A stretch of DNA of 63,093 nucleotides, counting the filler. It is 9 parts of 9 records of this genome, joined end to end, with 100 filler letters (N's around TTAATTAATTAA, not from the genome) between each part and the next. Parts side by side here need not be neighbours in the genome. Positions count along the whole stretch, not along the records: positions 14,233 to 23,425 come from SRR31147125_62054; positions 23,526 to 29,168 come from SRR31147125_62081; positions 29,269 to 37,003 come from SRR31147125_62111; 6 more parts are not named here. The stretch is one strand, 5' to 3'. Positions 20,333 to 31,189 of the stretch are shown one piece after another (within the stretch, counting starts at the first letter, position 1; each line of letters opens with the position of its first letter). The notes under the pieces are model-generated. The model ran no database searches. It saw only the letters and a list, made by a program, of their open reading frames with translations, and had not been told where the DNA came from. A program made the position numbers and the translations under genes.

Positions 20333-21931
20333 ATGATTTTATTTTTTGTTTCCAATGGTCACGCTAAAAATCCTGAAAATGACAGTAGCAATTTAAAAAA
20401 GTCATCCACAGCTTTAAACGAAAGTATATCTATAAAGGATCGCAGTTTTATTGATGCCAAAGGAAGACAAATTATACTTCATGGTATTAATCTGGTGAAT
20501 AAGAATAAGACATTAAATTACCTTGGTAATGAAAGACCTGATGATTTTAAAGCAATGAAAGAGTGGGGATTAAACTGTATTCGTCTGGGAATTATTTGGG
20601 ATGGTCTTGAACCTGAACCAGGTGTATATAATGAAGAATATTTAAAAGGAATAGATAAAAGAATTGGCTGGGCAAAACAAAACGGACTATTCGTTTTATT
20701 AGATATGCACCAGGATCTTTTTAGTGTTAAATACTCGGACGGAGCTCCTGAATGGGCGACTTTGGATGAGGGAAAACCCCACATACATGATAGTCCGGTT
20801 TGGAGTGACGCTTACTTTACAAGTCCGGCAGTTCAAACCGCCTTTGATAATTTTTGGAATAATTCTCCGGCACCGGATGGAATTGGAATTCAGGAGCATT
20901 ACGCCAGAGCCTGGCGTCATGTGGCACATAGATATGCACATGAACCTGCTGTCATTGGCTATGATATTATGAATGAGCCATTTATAGGTTCACCCATCGT
21001 AGAGATTCAGCCTTTGATGTTTCAAAAAGGAGCTGCTGTGTTAGCACAGGTTGATACTGCTAACGCACCTTCATTTGAGGAATTGATTCACATGTGGGAT
21101 GATGAAGAAGGACGTTTTGAAATTCTGCAATATATGGCTGATGAAAATATTTATTCTCAAATAATTGATAGTACGGAGCCTTATTATACGGATTTTGAAA
21201 AAATAAAACTAATGGCAATGTATCAGCGTGTAACTAATGCCATTCGTACAGTTGATAAAAACCATATTCTATTTTTAGAAACATCCATGTCTTCAAATAT
21301 GGGTGTTCGATCAGGAATCGCTCCTGTGGTTTCAGAAAATGGAGAACGGGATCCGTTGCAGGCCTATGCGCCGCACGGCTATGATCTTGTTACTGATACA
21401 AAAGCTGTATCTTTGGCAAGTCCGGAACGTGTTAGACTTATTTTCAAACGTCATGAGGAAACGTCTGAAAGATTAAACATGCCAATACTTGTTGGTGAGT
21501 GGGGAGCCTATTACAGACATTCTTCTGTCCTGCCTGTGGCTCGTCATGTGGTCAAACAGTTTGAGAATCTCCTTTGCAGTGATATGTACTGGGATTACTG
21601 GAAAGGACTGGAACACTCGGATTTTTTTAAAGCCATAAAACGTCCATATCCTGAGAAGATTTCGGGTAATATTAAGAGTTATAAATTTGATTCTGATACA
21701 GGTGTTTTTAAACTTGTCTGGGAGGAAGACCCGGAGATCAAAGAGCCCAGCCAGATATATATTCCGGATTGGTATGTGTTTAATATTGATGATGTGAAAA
21801 TAGCTCCAATTGATAATGGATTTCATATCAGACCTGTCATGGAAGGATCAAAAAGTAACTATATTTTGATAAATCAAACCGGAAAAAAAGGACTCAGGAC
21901 GTTAACACTATCTTTGAAAAGAAAACAATAA
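20333..21931 (+). CDS. Glycoside hydrolase family 5, endoglycoceramidase-like
   Basis: GRQIILHGIN, LDMHQD, DGAPEWA, YDIMNEP (acid/base), VGEWG (nucleophile), RPYP plus C-terminal beta domain. Confidence 0.88.
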   Translation: MILFFVSNGHAKNPENDSSNLKKSSTALNESISIKDRSFIDAKGRQIILHGINLVNKNKTLNYLGNERPDDFKAMKEWGLNCIRLGIIWDGLEPEPGVYNEEYLKGIDKRIGWAKQNGLFVLLDMHQDLFSVKYSDGAPEWATLDEGKPHIHDSPVWSDAYFTSPAVQTAFDNFWNNSPAPDGIGIQEHYARAWRHVAHRYAHEPAVIGYDIMNEPFIGSPIVEIQPLMFQKGAAVLAQVDTANAPSFEELIHMWDDEEGRFEILQYMADENIYSQIIDSTEPYYTDFEKIKLMAMYQRVTNAIRTVDKNHILFLETSMSSNMGVRSGIAPVVSENGERDPLQAYAPHGYDLVTDTKAVSLASPERVRLIFKRHEETSERLNMPILVGEWGAYYRHSSVLPVARHVVKQFENLLCSDMYWDYWKGLEHSDFFKAIKRPYPEKISGNIKSYKFDSDTGVFKLVWEEDPEIKEPSQIYIPDWYVFNIDDVKIAPIDNGFHIRPVMEGSKSNYILINQTGKKGLRTLTLSLKRKQ

Positions 21932-21974
21932 TCTTTACCTGGTATTGCGAACAGGCCGGAAAGAATATTAGATC

Positions 21975-22004
21975 TGTGGGGGCGTCTGGCTATTGCCCTT
22001 TACA
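21975..22004. repeat. Degenerate GTAG-family REP-like palindrome
   Basis: TGTGGGGGCG...TGCCCTTTACA resembles GTAGGGGCG...CGCCCCTAC REP hairpins. Confidence 0.35.
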
Positions 22005-22113
22005 GGAGGGAGAGTATAGTTAGATATTCAGAGCCGATGGATCCCAATGCGTCAATGGCCGTTTTTCGCTATTTGCTGCGTAAAGTGCAAAAAGAGATCA
22101 TAACCTGCATAAT

Positions 22114-22614
22114 CTAATTATCTACCACTTCATTAACAGCCATTTTTAATTCATCAAAACTTTGCTTACCCTGCAAAAATTGACGTTGTTTTCCCGTTTC
22201 ATCATATATAAATGTTACGGGTAGAGCACCGTTCCAGTCCGGATTCATAAAATTAATAAAGTCCTCTTGTGCGGGAAAATCCTGAACATAATTTTGAAAA
22301 TTTGCTTTTTGATCGTTCAGAAAGGGGAGAATTTTTGTTTCTATCTCGTCCGTATAGTCCGCGCTTATGCCTACCATATCCAGGATGTTTTTCGGATAGT
22401 GTCTGCGCAATTCAATCAAATCAGGAAATTCTTCCCGGCATGGAACACACCACGTAGCCCAGACATTGACCAACAAAACCCTGCCATTGCGATTTTCTAT
22501 CAGGTCAGTCATTTTTATTTCATTAACAGGTGTAACGGCGATCAATGATTCCGTGTGATCACCGTTACACCTTGAGAGGAGAAAAAGCAAAATAGTTAAA
22601 ATAACATGTTTCAT
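22114..22614 (-). CDS. TlpA-family thiol:disulfide oxidoreductase, probable lipoprotein
   Basis: VNVWATWCVPCREE CxxC motif; N-terminal signal with Cys. Confidence 0.9.
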   Translation of the reverse strand: MKHVILTILLFLLSRCNGDHTESLIAVTPVNEIKMTDLIENRNGRVLLVNVWATWCVPCREEFPDLIELRRHYPKNILDMVGISADYTDEIETKILPFLNDQKANFQNYVQDFPAQEDFINFMNPDWNGALPVTFIYDETGKQRQFLQGKQSFDELKMAVNEVVDN

Positions 22615-22617
22615 CCG

Positions 22618-23175
22618 CTAATTAACTCGTTTAATTGAACAACCAAAAGCTTTTGTTTTGGGATTGGCTACTTTCTTACCGGCCAATATTTCATCCAGGG
22701 CAATACGCAGATCATGTGATGAAATATCTCCTTCCCGGCGAGAGTCATCAATGCGTCCATGATACAATACCTTGTGATCTGAATTTAATACATAGATCTC
22801 AGGAGTTACGCTGGCTTTAAACTGATCGGCAACCACATTATCCGTATCCTTTAAAACAGGAAATGCGAATTTATTTTCTTTTGAATGTTTTTTTATCTCT
22901 GCCACTTTTTCCTGCTTGTTGGAATTGATTCCCAGGAAAACGACACCCTTTTCTGAATAATCGTTATACAATGCTGTCATTCGCTCATTATACGCATTTG
23001 AAACCGGGCATTGCGTAGAAATAAACATAACCACGACAGCATTGGCATCTGCGTAATCCGTTAGTTTATGGTCGTTATTATTAACATCTTTTAATACGAA
23101 CGGTTTTGCTGTTTCAATTGCGTATATATTTCCCGCAACCAGGAAAACCACGAGTATCCATAAAATATGTTTCAT
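22618..23175 (-). CDS. Exported thioredoxin/peroxiredoxin-like (AhpC/TSA) protein
   Basis: STQCPVS, GINSN, A..TPE, YHGRIDD, GCSIK. Confidence 0.88.
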   Translation of the reverse strand: MKHILWILVVFLVAGNIYAIETAKPFVLKDVNNNDHKLTDYADANAVVVMFISTQCPVSNAYNERMTALYNDYSEKGVVFLGINSNKQEKVAEIKKHSKENKFAFPVLKDTDNVVADQFKASVTPEIYVLNSDHKVLYHGRIDDSRREGDISSHDLRIALDEILAGKKVANPKTKAFGCSIKRVN

Positions 23176-23397
23176 ATTTATACCTCCAGAACAACGATTG
23201 ATTTATTTGGCTCACATGACTATTGACGTATAGTGCAGAGGATACCCGATAACGGTTCCTGCTGGAGTGGGTGAGATATTATCTGCATTAAACGTTGGAA
23301 TATGGGAAATAATTCCTGTGGTGGGGGGAGAAAGAGTTGTAAGACAAAAGTTAACGTGAACTGTTTTGTTCCTTTATTGTAGCATAAAGGGTGGAGG

Positions 23398-23425
23398 TGT
23401 CATTCCCGAATGCTCCTGTCGGGAA
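23398..23425. repeat. GTCATTCCCG-type REP-like palindrome at contig end
   Basis: TGTCATTCCCGA-ATGCTCCTG-TCGGGAA hairpin; the assembly breaks here. Confidence 0.5.
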
Positions 23426-23525
23426 NNNNNNNNNNNNNNNNNNNNNNNNNNNNNNNNNNNNNNNNNNNNTTAATTAATTAANNNNNNNNNNNNNNNNNNN
23501 NNNNNNNNNNNNNNNNNNNNNNNNN
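23426..23525. other. Artificial contig spacer
   Basis: N44-TTAATTAATTAA-N44. Confidence 0.99.
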
Positions 23526-23716
23526 GGGGGTTGTGGGTGGGGGAGGCGTCATGACTTCGTGCGTATAGGTTGCGTCTGTCTGGCGTTGTGCCGTAGACCG
23601 ATGTCAACCGACGCACGGGCCTCACAGAAGGAGGGATGAGGCTGGGCACAAGGGGTGCCTTTTTTGGTACCTACGTTTGCCAAATAAGGCAAATACAAAT
23701 CGGGAGTGCCAACAGT

Positions 23717-26700
23717 TTACTGGCGGTGCTTCCATATAAGGGGCTCATCCAATTCCACAGGAGCCTTGTGTTCCCCCTTTCCCCACAGTCGTAGGGTCAC
23801 ACCTCGTACACTCACACCTATCAATACAATGATCCACAAGGCATCTGCTACAATCACAAGTGCCGCAATGAACTGTCGAGCCCACGTCTGTTCACTCACT
23901 CCCAGGGAAAGTACGCTCACAACATTCAGTCCCAGAAGCAATAAGGTCACAAGCTCCAAACGGTTCTCTCGTGCGGATCGATAGGGTTGTAGGGCACGTT
24001 GCAGCTCAGCACCCACCAAGAAGAATACAAAGAGGGCAAGAGGTGTGATTCCTGACTCCATCGGGACCAGGGACACCGAGGCAGCGACCAACAAACGCCG
24101 TGTCGTAACTATGGCCTCCCACCACCATCGCTCTTCCGTGTAACACAAATACAACTGACCAATGCGTGCTTGTACATCGGGATCCCCCAACTGGCCACGG
24201 GATCGTGTTCGCCACAGAATCCACCCCAGACACAAGGGAACACCCAGCACAAATACGGACACAAGCACCCATGCTGTGACACGCACGGCAATAGCTCGAT
24301 CGGTCTCACATGAAGAGGAAGGGAAAGAAGAGAAGAACGATTCCCCCAGGCACGAGTCCCATTCACATCGTAGAGAACGAAGTACCAGAGAGGACATGGG
24401 CAAATAGAGTGATGTCACCAAAAAGATCAAACCAGCAGTCATGGTGCCAGAGCGTTTCCAGAGCCATGCTCTAATCGCATTTCCCCCACAAACCAAGATG
24501 ATGATAGTAGGGAACAACGACCACTTGAACCAGAACGAAGATAAGTCGTCGTACCCCTTCCATATACATGATATACCCGGTATGGCAAGGCTGGAGACAG
24601 AAGCTCCCTCGGAAACACCGGCCAGTGAACCCGGTATTGATATTCCAAGAGAAGGAAGAAGTGTAAGCACTTGAGTGAAGAAGAGAAGGGTCTTGATGGC
24701 ATCCGTATCCACATCCTTGCGCAGCCATAGCCACAAGAGAATCCCAATAAGTGTAACACAAGCAGCCCCAACCCCATAGATAGCCCAGGCTACATCCGAT
24801 GCCGGACATACATAACACCGATTGCCCCATTTCGTGTGTGTCTTCACACATTCCGTGCACATGCGGCCCGTGTAGCCCGAGGCACAGGATTTCCAAAGAT
24901 CGACCTTGCTTTCCTCGTCGACGGATCGTGGAACGGAAGGCGAGCACATGCTCCGGGATGCCAGTGGACAGACCGACAACCATGAAGACTCCAAGAATGT
25001 GGAAGAAGACGAGGAAGACGGACAGACTCCGTTCAGATTCAAGTTGCTCAGTGTAGAACTCACATTGCCACTCACAAGAGCCCAGTGTCCCTGCATGGGC
25101 ATCATCACGGTTTGTCCATCCCCACCAGGACATTCAGTGTTTTCAGGACATGCATAGCACACTCCACGACGCCCCACGTAGCCGGCGTGGCATCGACACA
25201 ATTGATTCTGAAAGTAAGCATCCCAATCAATCTCAACCAACAACGCACTGAAATGAGAGCGCGGCGTTGGTTGATAGCAGGAGTAATGTTTCTCAGACGT
25301 GCGAATCCGGCGCGTAACGAGTGGTCCTGGCTCCAGAAACGATGGAACACACGCACCAGGGTCCTTTGATTCACAGGCAGAGTTCACAGGAGCCAAGACA
25401 TTCGTGTCTTGAAGTCTCAGAATCCGAAGTTCTACAAGATTGCCCAATGCGTCCGGGATGGGTCCACGCAAAGCAAGATTGCTAGACAAATCAAGCATCG
25501 TTAACATGGGTGCCCGTTTGTCCAGCTCCAGCAGCTCAAGGCTGCCATTGAAACAATTATGCGCCGTAAAGAACTGGAGATACCTAAGATAGGGAAACTG
25601 CCCAGTCATTTCGCTAATGGTGATGAGATTGCCGGACACATCTGCCGTTTCCAGATGCGACATGTAGGCCATCCAGTCTAGCCTCTTCAGCTGATTGTTC
25701 GAAGCATCAAGCCATGTCACTCCATTCAGTACGCCGACATTGACTTGCTGTAGACGGTTGTTCGAGATATCGAGACGCCGTAGGCCGTTTGTGGAGGAGC
25801 TCATGTCAATTTGATCGAGTACATTGCCACGAAGGCTCAACTCAAGGAGATGCGGAAGTTGAAGAATGGTTGCGTCAACACGAGACAGCGCATTGTCACT
25901 CAAATCGAGACTCGTGAGTGATGAAAGCCGTTTCATGGATGCAGGCAAACTTTGGAGTTGGTTGGAGTTGAGAAGGAGCGAGCCAAGATTCTCTAAGTTG
26001 CCAAGGGTTTCTGGAAGTGAAACGAGTCTGTTTGATGAAAGCTGCAGGGACCCGAGTTGTGTTAGATTCCCAATGGATTCCGGGAGGAATTCTAACAAAT
26101 TTGACTTGAGGTCCAGCGACTGAAGCCGAGAGAGTTGTCCCATGGACTCAGGCAACTCTTTGAGGAGATTCGAATTCAAATTCAGCTGTTCTAGGGACTC
26201 AAGCTGCCCAGAAGACCATGGGAGGCCGGTCAATTGGTTCGATTGCAAAAGTGCCCACTGCAATTCGATCATTCCGCCAAAGGACTCGGGTAGAACGGAT
26301 AGATTCGTGGATACAACGGAGAGGGTTATGACGCGGGTAAGGTTGCCAATGGATTCGGGTAGCGCCACAAGTGGGTTGCTGCCAAGAAAAAGTCTGAGAA
26401 GATTCTGCAACCTGCCTATCGACTCGGGAAGAGATACCAGATGATTTGTTATAAGATTCAGATCTTCCAGAGTGGTCATCTCCCCAATAGTCGCGGGGAT
26501 CTCGGTGATGTGGTTCGAGCTGACATCTAAAGATCGGGCATGTGTTAAGGAGCCAATGGAATCCGGGAGCGATTCGAGTCGATTGCTCGAAAGGCCAATG
26601 TCCGTGAGAAGTTCAAGCTTTCCCAATTCCTCGGGCAGTTCGATTAACTGATTGTTTGTCAGCTGCATGTTCTTGAGGGCTTTCAGGTTCACAATCGAAG

Positions 26701-28012
26701 ACGGAAGGGATGTGAGCTGATTCCACCCGAGATTCAAGGTGGAAAGCTGGACGAGCCCACCCAGGGACTCAGGCAATACAATCACCTTGTTGTTGCGCAG
26801 GGAAAGCCAAGTGAGTCGTGAAAGCTGCCCTATGGACGTGGGAACCTCCCTCAAAAGATTTGAGGACACATCCAACCATTCAAGCGTTGAGAGTTCGCCA
26901 ATACCTTCGGGCAGGGATTCCAGGAGATTATTCGAGACGTCCAGGCTCACCAGACTCTTCATGGTGCCTATTGACTCGGGCAGCTTGGCCACTTGGTTCC
27001 ATTTAAGATCCAGAGTGAATAAGCTCGACATACTTCCCAGCGCTTCGGGGAGGGTTGTCAATTTGTTCGATCGAAGGCACAGCCAGGTGAGACTCGTCAG
27101 GCCTCCTATACCATCGGGGAGTGTGGTAAGCCTATTCAGTTCCAGGTTCATTTTGATAAGGTCTTTCATGGAGCCAATAGTCTCGGGGAGGGATTGCAGG
27201 CGATTCGAGTACAGATACAGTTCTCTGAGGGCCATACCACCTAGGGACTCGGGTAATATGGTGAGCTGATTCCATGAAATATCGAGTTCTTGGAGTGCGG
27301 TCATATTTCCCATCTCTTGGGGAAGTGTTGTGAGATTGTTCGACGAGACACCCAAGTGCACGAGGCCCGTGATTTCGCCGACCCATCCCTCCAATGCCAA
27401 CAGATGATTTCGATCGAGAATCAACTGTTCCAGGCTTTTCATGTGTCTCAATGCTTCTGGGAGTGCCTTTAGTTGGTTTGTGTGGGCGTTGAGAACTCGA
27501 AGATGGTGAAGTTCGCTCAACCAATCAGGCAATTCCAGTATGTTGTTGGAATGCACATACAAGGCACGAAGTTCCGTGAGATTGCCCAGTACTTCTGGCA
27601 ACTCTTTCAGTTGATTAACCGAAAGGTTCAGTTCTTCCAGACGAGAGAGTTGTCCAATCCACGTGGGTACGGTTTGTAGGCCGTTTCTCTCCAAGGACAG
27701 TGTGGTGAGATGACGCAGGGCCGATATAGATGGTTCCGAGGCACAGTGGAGGGCAAGGTCTGTCAGTGCAAGCTCCACCACATGGGATTGGGCGTCACAC
27801 GCGACGTGGTCCCAGAGACAGCACCACACCGTCCTGTTCCACGGATGACAGTCGTAGACACACCGTTCAGGCCAATGGATGCCTCCACATCTTTCGTACA
27901 GATCCAAGAGAGCTTCCTCTTCGGATGTACTACACGCCGCACCTTCGGCCCCAACCACGAGGTGATGGAGGACGACAGCTGCGAGCAGTGCACTTGCCAC
28001 AACGCAACGCAT
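23717..28012 (-). CDS. Eukaryotic LRR + Cys-rich + ~9-TM receptor/channel-like protein, single exon
   Basis: Uninterrupted ORF (in-frame ATGs at 28060 and 28012; the latter starts the signal peptide MRCVVASALLAAVVL). Plant-type LRRNT cap, ~30 LRRs of 23 aa, CxC/CPGG/C..GY.G..C..C cysteine region, and ~9 TM helices with GQLY..Y....WWWE.....RRL. Confidence 0.88.
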   Translation of the reverse strand: MRCVVASALLAAVVLHHLVVGAEGAACSTSEEEALLDLYERCGGIHWPERCVYDCHPWNRTVWCCLWDHVACDAQSHVVELALTDLALHCASEPSISALRHLTTLSLERNGLQTVPTWIGQLSRLEELNLSVNQLKELPEVLGNLTELRALYVHSNNILELPDWLSELHHLRVLNAHTNQLKALPEALRHMKSLEQLILDRNHLLALEGWVGEITGLVHLGVSSNNLTTLPQEMGNMTALQELDISWNQLTILPESLGGMALRELYLYSNRLQSLPETIGSMKDLIKMNLELNRLTTLPDGIGGLTSLTWLCLRSNKLTTLPEALGSMSSLFTLDLKWNQVAKLPESIGTMKSLVSLDVSNNLLESLPEGIGELSTLEWLDVSSNLLREVPTSIGQLSRLTWLSLRNNKVIVLPESLGGLVQLSTLNLGWNQLTSLPSSIVNLKALKNMQLTNNQLIELPEELGKLELLTDIGLSSNRLESLPDSIGSLTHARSLDVSSNHITEIPATIGEMTTLEDLNLITNHLVSLPESIGRLQNLLRLFLGSNPLVALPESIGNLTRVITLSVVSTNLSVLPESFGGMIELQWALLQSNQLTGLPWSSGQLESLEQLNLNSNLLKELPESMGQLSRLQSLDLKSNLLEFLPESIGNLTQLGSLQLSSNRLVSLPETLGNLENLGSLLLNSNQLQSLPASMKRLSSLTSLDLSDNALSRVDATILQLPHLLELSLRGNVLDQIDMSSSTNGLRRLDISNNRLQQVNVGVLNGVTWLDASNNQLKRLDWMAYMSHLETADVSGNLITISEMTGQFPYLRYLQFFTAHNCFNGSLELLELDKRAPMLTMLDLSSNLALRGPIPDALGNLVELRILRLQDTNVLAPVNSACESKDPGACVPSFLEPGPLVTRRIRTSEKHYSCYQPTPRSHFSALLVEIDWDAYFQNQLCRCHAGYVGRRGVCYACPENTECPGGDGQTVMMPMQGHWALVSGNVSSTLSNLNLNGVCPSSSSSSTFLESSWLSVCPLASRSMCSPSVPRSVDEESKVDLWKSCASGYTGRMCTECVKTHTKWGNRCYVCPASDVAWAIYGVGAACVTLIGILLWLWLRKDVDTDAIKTLLFFTQVLTLLPSLGISIPGSLAGVSEGASVSSLAIPGISCIWKGYDDLSSFWFKWSLFPTIIILVCGGNAIRAWLWKRSGTMTAGLIFLVTSLYLPMSSLVLRSLRCEWDSCLGESFFSSFPSSSCETDRAIAVRVTAWVLVSVFVLGVPLCLGWILWRTRSRGQLGDPDVQARIGQLYLCYTEERWWWEAIVTTRRLLVAASVSLVPMESGITPLALFVFFLVGAELQRALQPYRSARENRLELVTLLLLGLNVVSVLSLGVSEQTWARQFIAALVIVADALWIIVLIGVSVRGVTLRLWGKGEHKAPVELDEPLIWKHRQ

Positions 28013-28060
28013 AGATGGGGTGGAGGGGATGAATTCTTTGCGTTCATAATTACGTTGCAT

Positions 28061-29138
<1,078 letters not shown>

Positions 29139-29168
29139 CTTGTGGTGTGGCATGAAACGCCTCATTCC

Positions 29169-29268
29169 NNNNNNNNNNNNNNNNNNNNNNNNNNNNNNNN
29201 NNNNNNNNNNNNTTAATTAATTAANNNNNNNNNNNNNNNNNNNNNNNNNNNNNNNNNNNNNNNNNNNN
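29169..29268. other. Artificial contig spacer
   Basis: N44-TTAATTAATTAA-N44. Confidence 0.99.
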
Positions 29269-29559
29269 TGACCGAAAGAGTGTGGGAAAATGCTCCGTAA
29301 TCCTAATCGGAATAGATAATTAATGTAAATAAATTTTACCTGATGAAATTGGAACGTCATAAAACAATGTATTTCATTATCAGGCAAAAATAATCGGAAA
29401 TGAAATCCCACACTCTTTCGGTCAGTTCAAATATATACCTGAAAAATATAAACATTCCCCTTAGGCATACGTTATGATATGATTGCTTTAAGAACTATTT
29501 CACAATTTAATCCTATGTGCATCACAGTTGGTACATAATTGATTCGTTAATCAGGTTAT

Positions 29560-30519
29560 ATGGGGGAACAGATGGTAAATCATTTCGAAATAATACTGAA
29601 TCCGACCGCCGGTAAAGGAAACGCACGTGAACGAATACCAGTAATAGAATCCTTTATGCGTACACACAATCTGCCCTATACTCTGCACCTGACAGAAAGA
29701 GCTGGTCATGCCATAGAAATTGCTGAAACCCTTGCCGCGAACAATAAGCATGCGGTTATTGCAGCAGGCGGAGACGGCACCTGCAATGAAGTAATAAATG
29801 GATTAATGCATGCCGCACAACAAGCAGACGGTAGTTCAGATCATGAACTGCTCATGGGTGTTCTGCCGATCGGCAGAGGAAATGATTTCTGCTATGGAGC
29901 AGGATTACCAACAGATTTGGAATCAAGTCTGCAGATCCTCACAGGATGGAAGCTGAAACCTATCGATATAGGATTGATTCAAGGTGGTGACTATCCGGAA
30001 GGCCGCTACTTCGGGAACGGCATCGGGGTTGGCTTTGATACGATCGTTGGTTTGGAAGCAGCAAAGATGAAACACATTCATGGAGCAGCCGGTTATGCTT
30101 TAGGAGCAATAAAAACTATTATCACCTATCCTAAAGCTCCTGAACTGGATATCTCTTTCAACGGAAAACTCCTTAAGAAAACACCGGCACTGGTCTCTAT
30201 TATGAACGGCAGGCGCATGGGAGGGGCTTTTTTCATGGCTCCGAATGGCGACAATACCGATGGACTGCTGAACATCTGCATGACAGACCAGGGACCCCGG
30301 CGCAGGCTGCTGAAAGCGCTTGTACATTACACAAAAGGAACTCAGGCCGGTCTTCCAGATACGGAAACCGATAAGTCCGCCGATATTGAGCTTACCGCTC
30401 GTTCGGGCAGCATGGCGATTCATGCCGATGGGGAAACCATCTGTACAGACGGCAAACATGTCACTGTTCACTGCATCCCGAAATCAATAACTCTGCTTAC
30501 ACCAAAGGATGAGAAATGA
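29560..30519 (+). CDS. Diacylglycerol kinase family lipid kinase (YegS/DgkB-like)
   Basis: NPTAGKG, AGGDGT.NEVING, LP.GRGNDF, NG.GVGFD, HADGE. Confidence 0.92.
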   Translation: MGEQMVNHFEIILNPTAGKGNARERIPVIESFMRTHNLPYTLHLTERAGHAIEIAETLAANNKHAVIAAGGDGTCNEVINGLMHAAQQADGSSDHELLMGVLPIGRGNDFCYGAGLPTDLESSLQILTGWKLKPIDIGLIQGGDYPEGRYFGNGIGVGFDTIVGLEAAKMKHIHGAAGYALGAIKTIITYPKAPELDISFNGKLLKKTPALVSIMNGRRMGGAFFMAPNGDNTDGLLNICMTDQGPRRRLLKALVHYTKGTQAGLPDTETDKSADIELTARSGSMAIHADGETICTDGKHVTVHCIPKSITLLTPKDEK

Positions 30520-31189
30520 CAACAACAGCCAGATTTTTTACAGCATTGGCGAAAGGGTTTATAAAACTGACATGTGATATTACTGATGAAGGGCTCTACA
30601 AAATTCCGGAAAAGGGACCTTTGATGGTGGTATTCAACCATATCAACTTTCTGGAAGTCCTATTTTGCGGATTGGGGTAATGCCGAAGGAAGTTTTCGCG
30701 CTCACGAAGAAGGAGACCTGGGACAATCCCATTTTCCGTATTCTTGCAGATAACTGGGGCGGCATTCCGATTGACAGGGAAAATCCCGTTGTCTCAACTT
30801 TCCGTGAAGCGGAAAAACTCATGAGGAATGAGAAAGTTCTCTTTATCGCACCTGAAGGAACCCGCAGCGGCACCGGACAGCTGGCAAAAGGCAATCCGGG
30901 TATTACCAGTATTGCGATGCGGACAGGCTGCACCATACTGCCTATCGCGCATTACGGCGGTGAAGATTTCTGGACTAATATCAAACGTCTGAAAAGAACC
31001 AAAATAACTATTAAAGCCGGTAATATGCTGAAGATAAAACCCGGGGTTAAAGCCAACAAAACCAGCAGACAGCTCATTACCGAACAAATAATGCATGAAC
31101 TGGCAGCACTCCTCCCGGAAAAGTACCGGGGAGCATACGTATCGGGACCTGATCAATCTCTGGAACAGCTGCTGATTCCGGTTGATTAG
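30516..31189 (+). pseudogene. plsC: 1-acyl-sn-glycerol-3-phosphate acyltransferase with apparent 1-nt deletion at ~30660 (possibly an assembly error)
   Basis: ATG 30516 frame gives ...IPEKGPLMVVFNHINFLEV then a stop; the second frame gives ILRIGVMP...IPIDR...APEGTRS. One extra C in GTCC restores NHINFLEVPIL. Confidence 0.8.

Noticed and set aside
25400-27720. ~69-nt periodicity as a CRISPR array or tandem DNA repeat
   Set aside because: It reflects degenerate 23-aa LRR coding; there are no identical repeats with unique spacers and no cas genes.
30516-30680. Programmed frameshifting in plsC
   Set aside because: No slippery heptamer or stimulatory structure; a single missing C in a short run is better explained by error or recent mutation.
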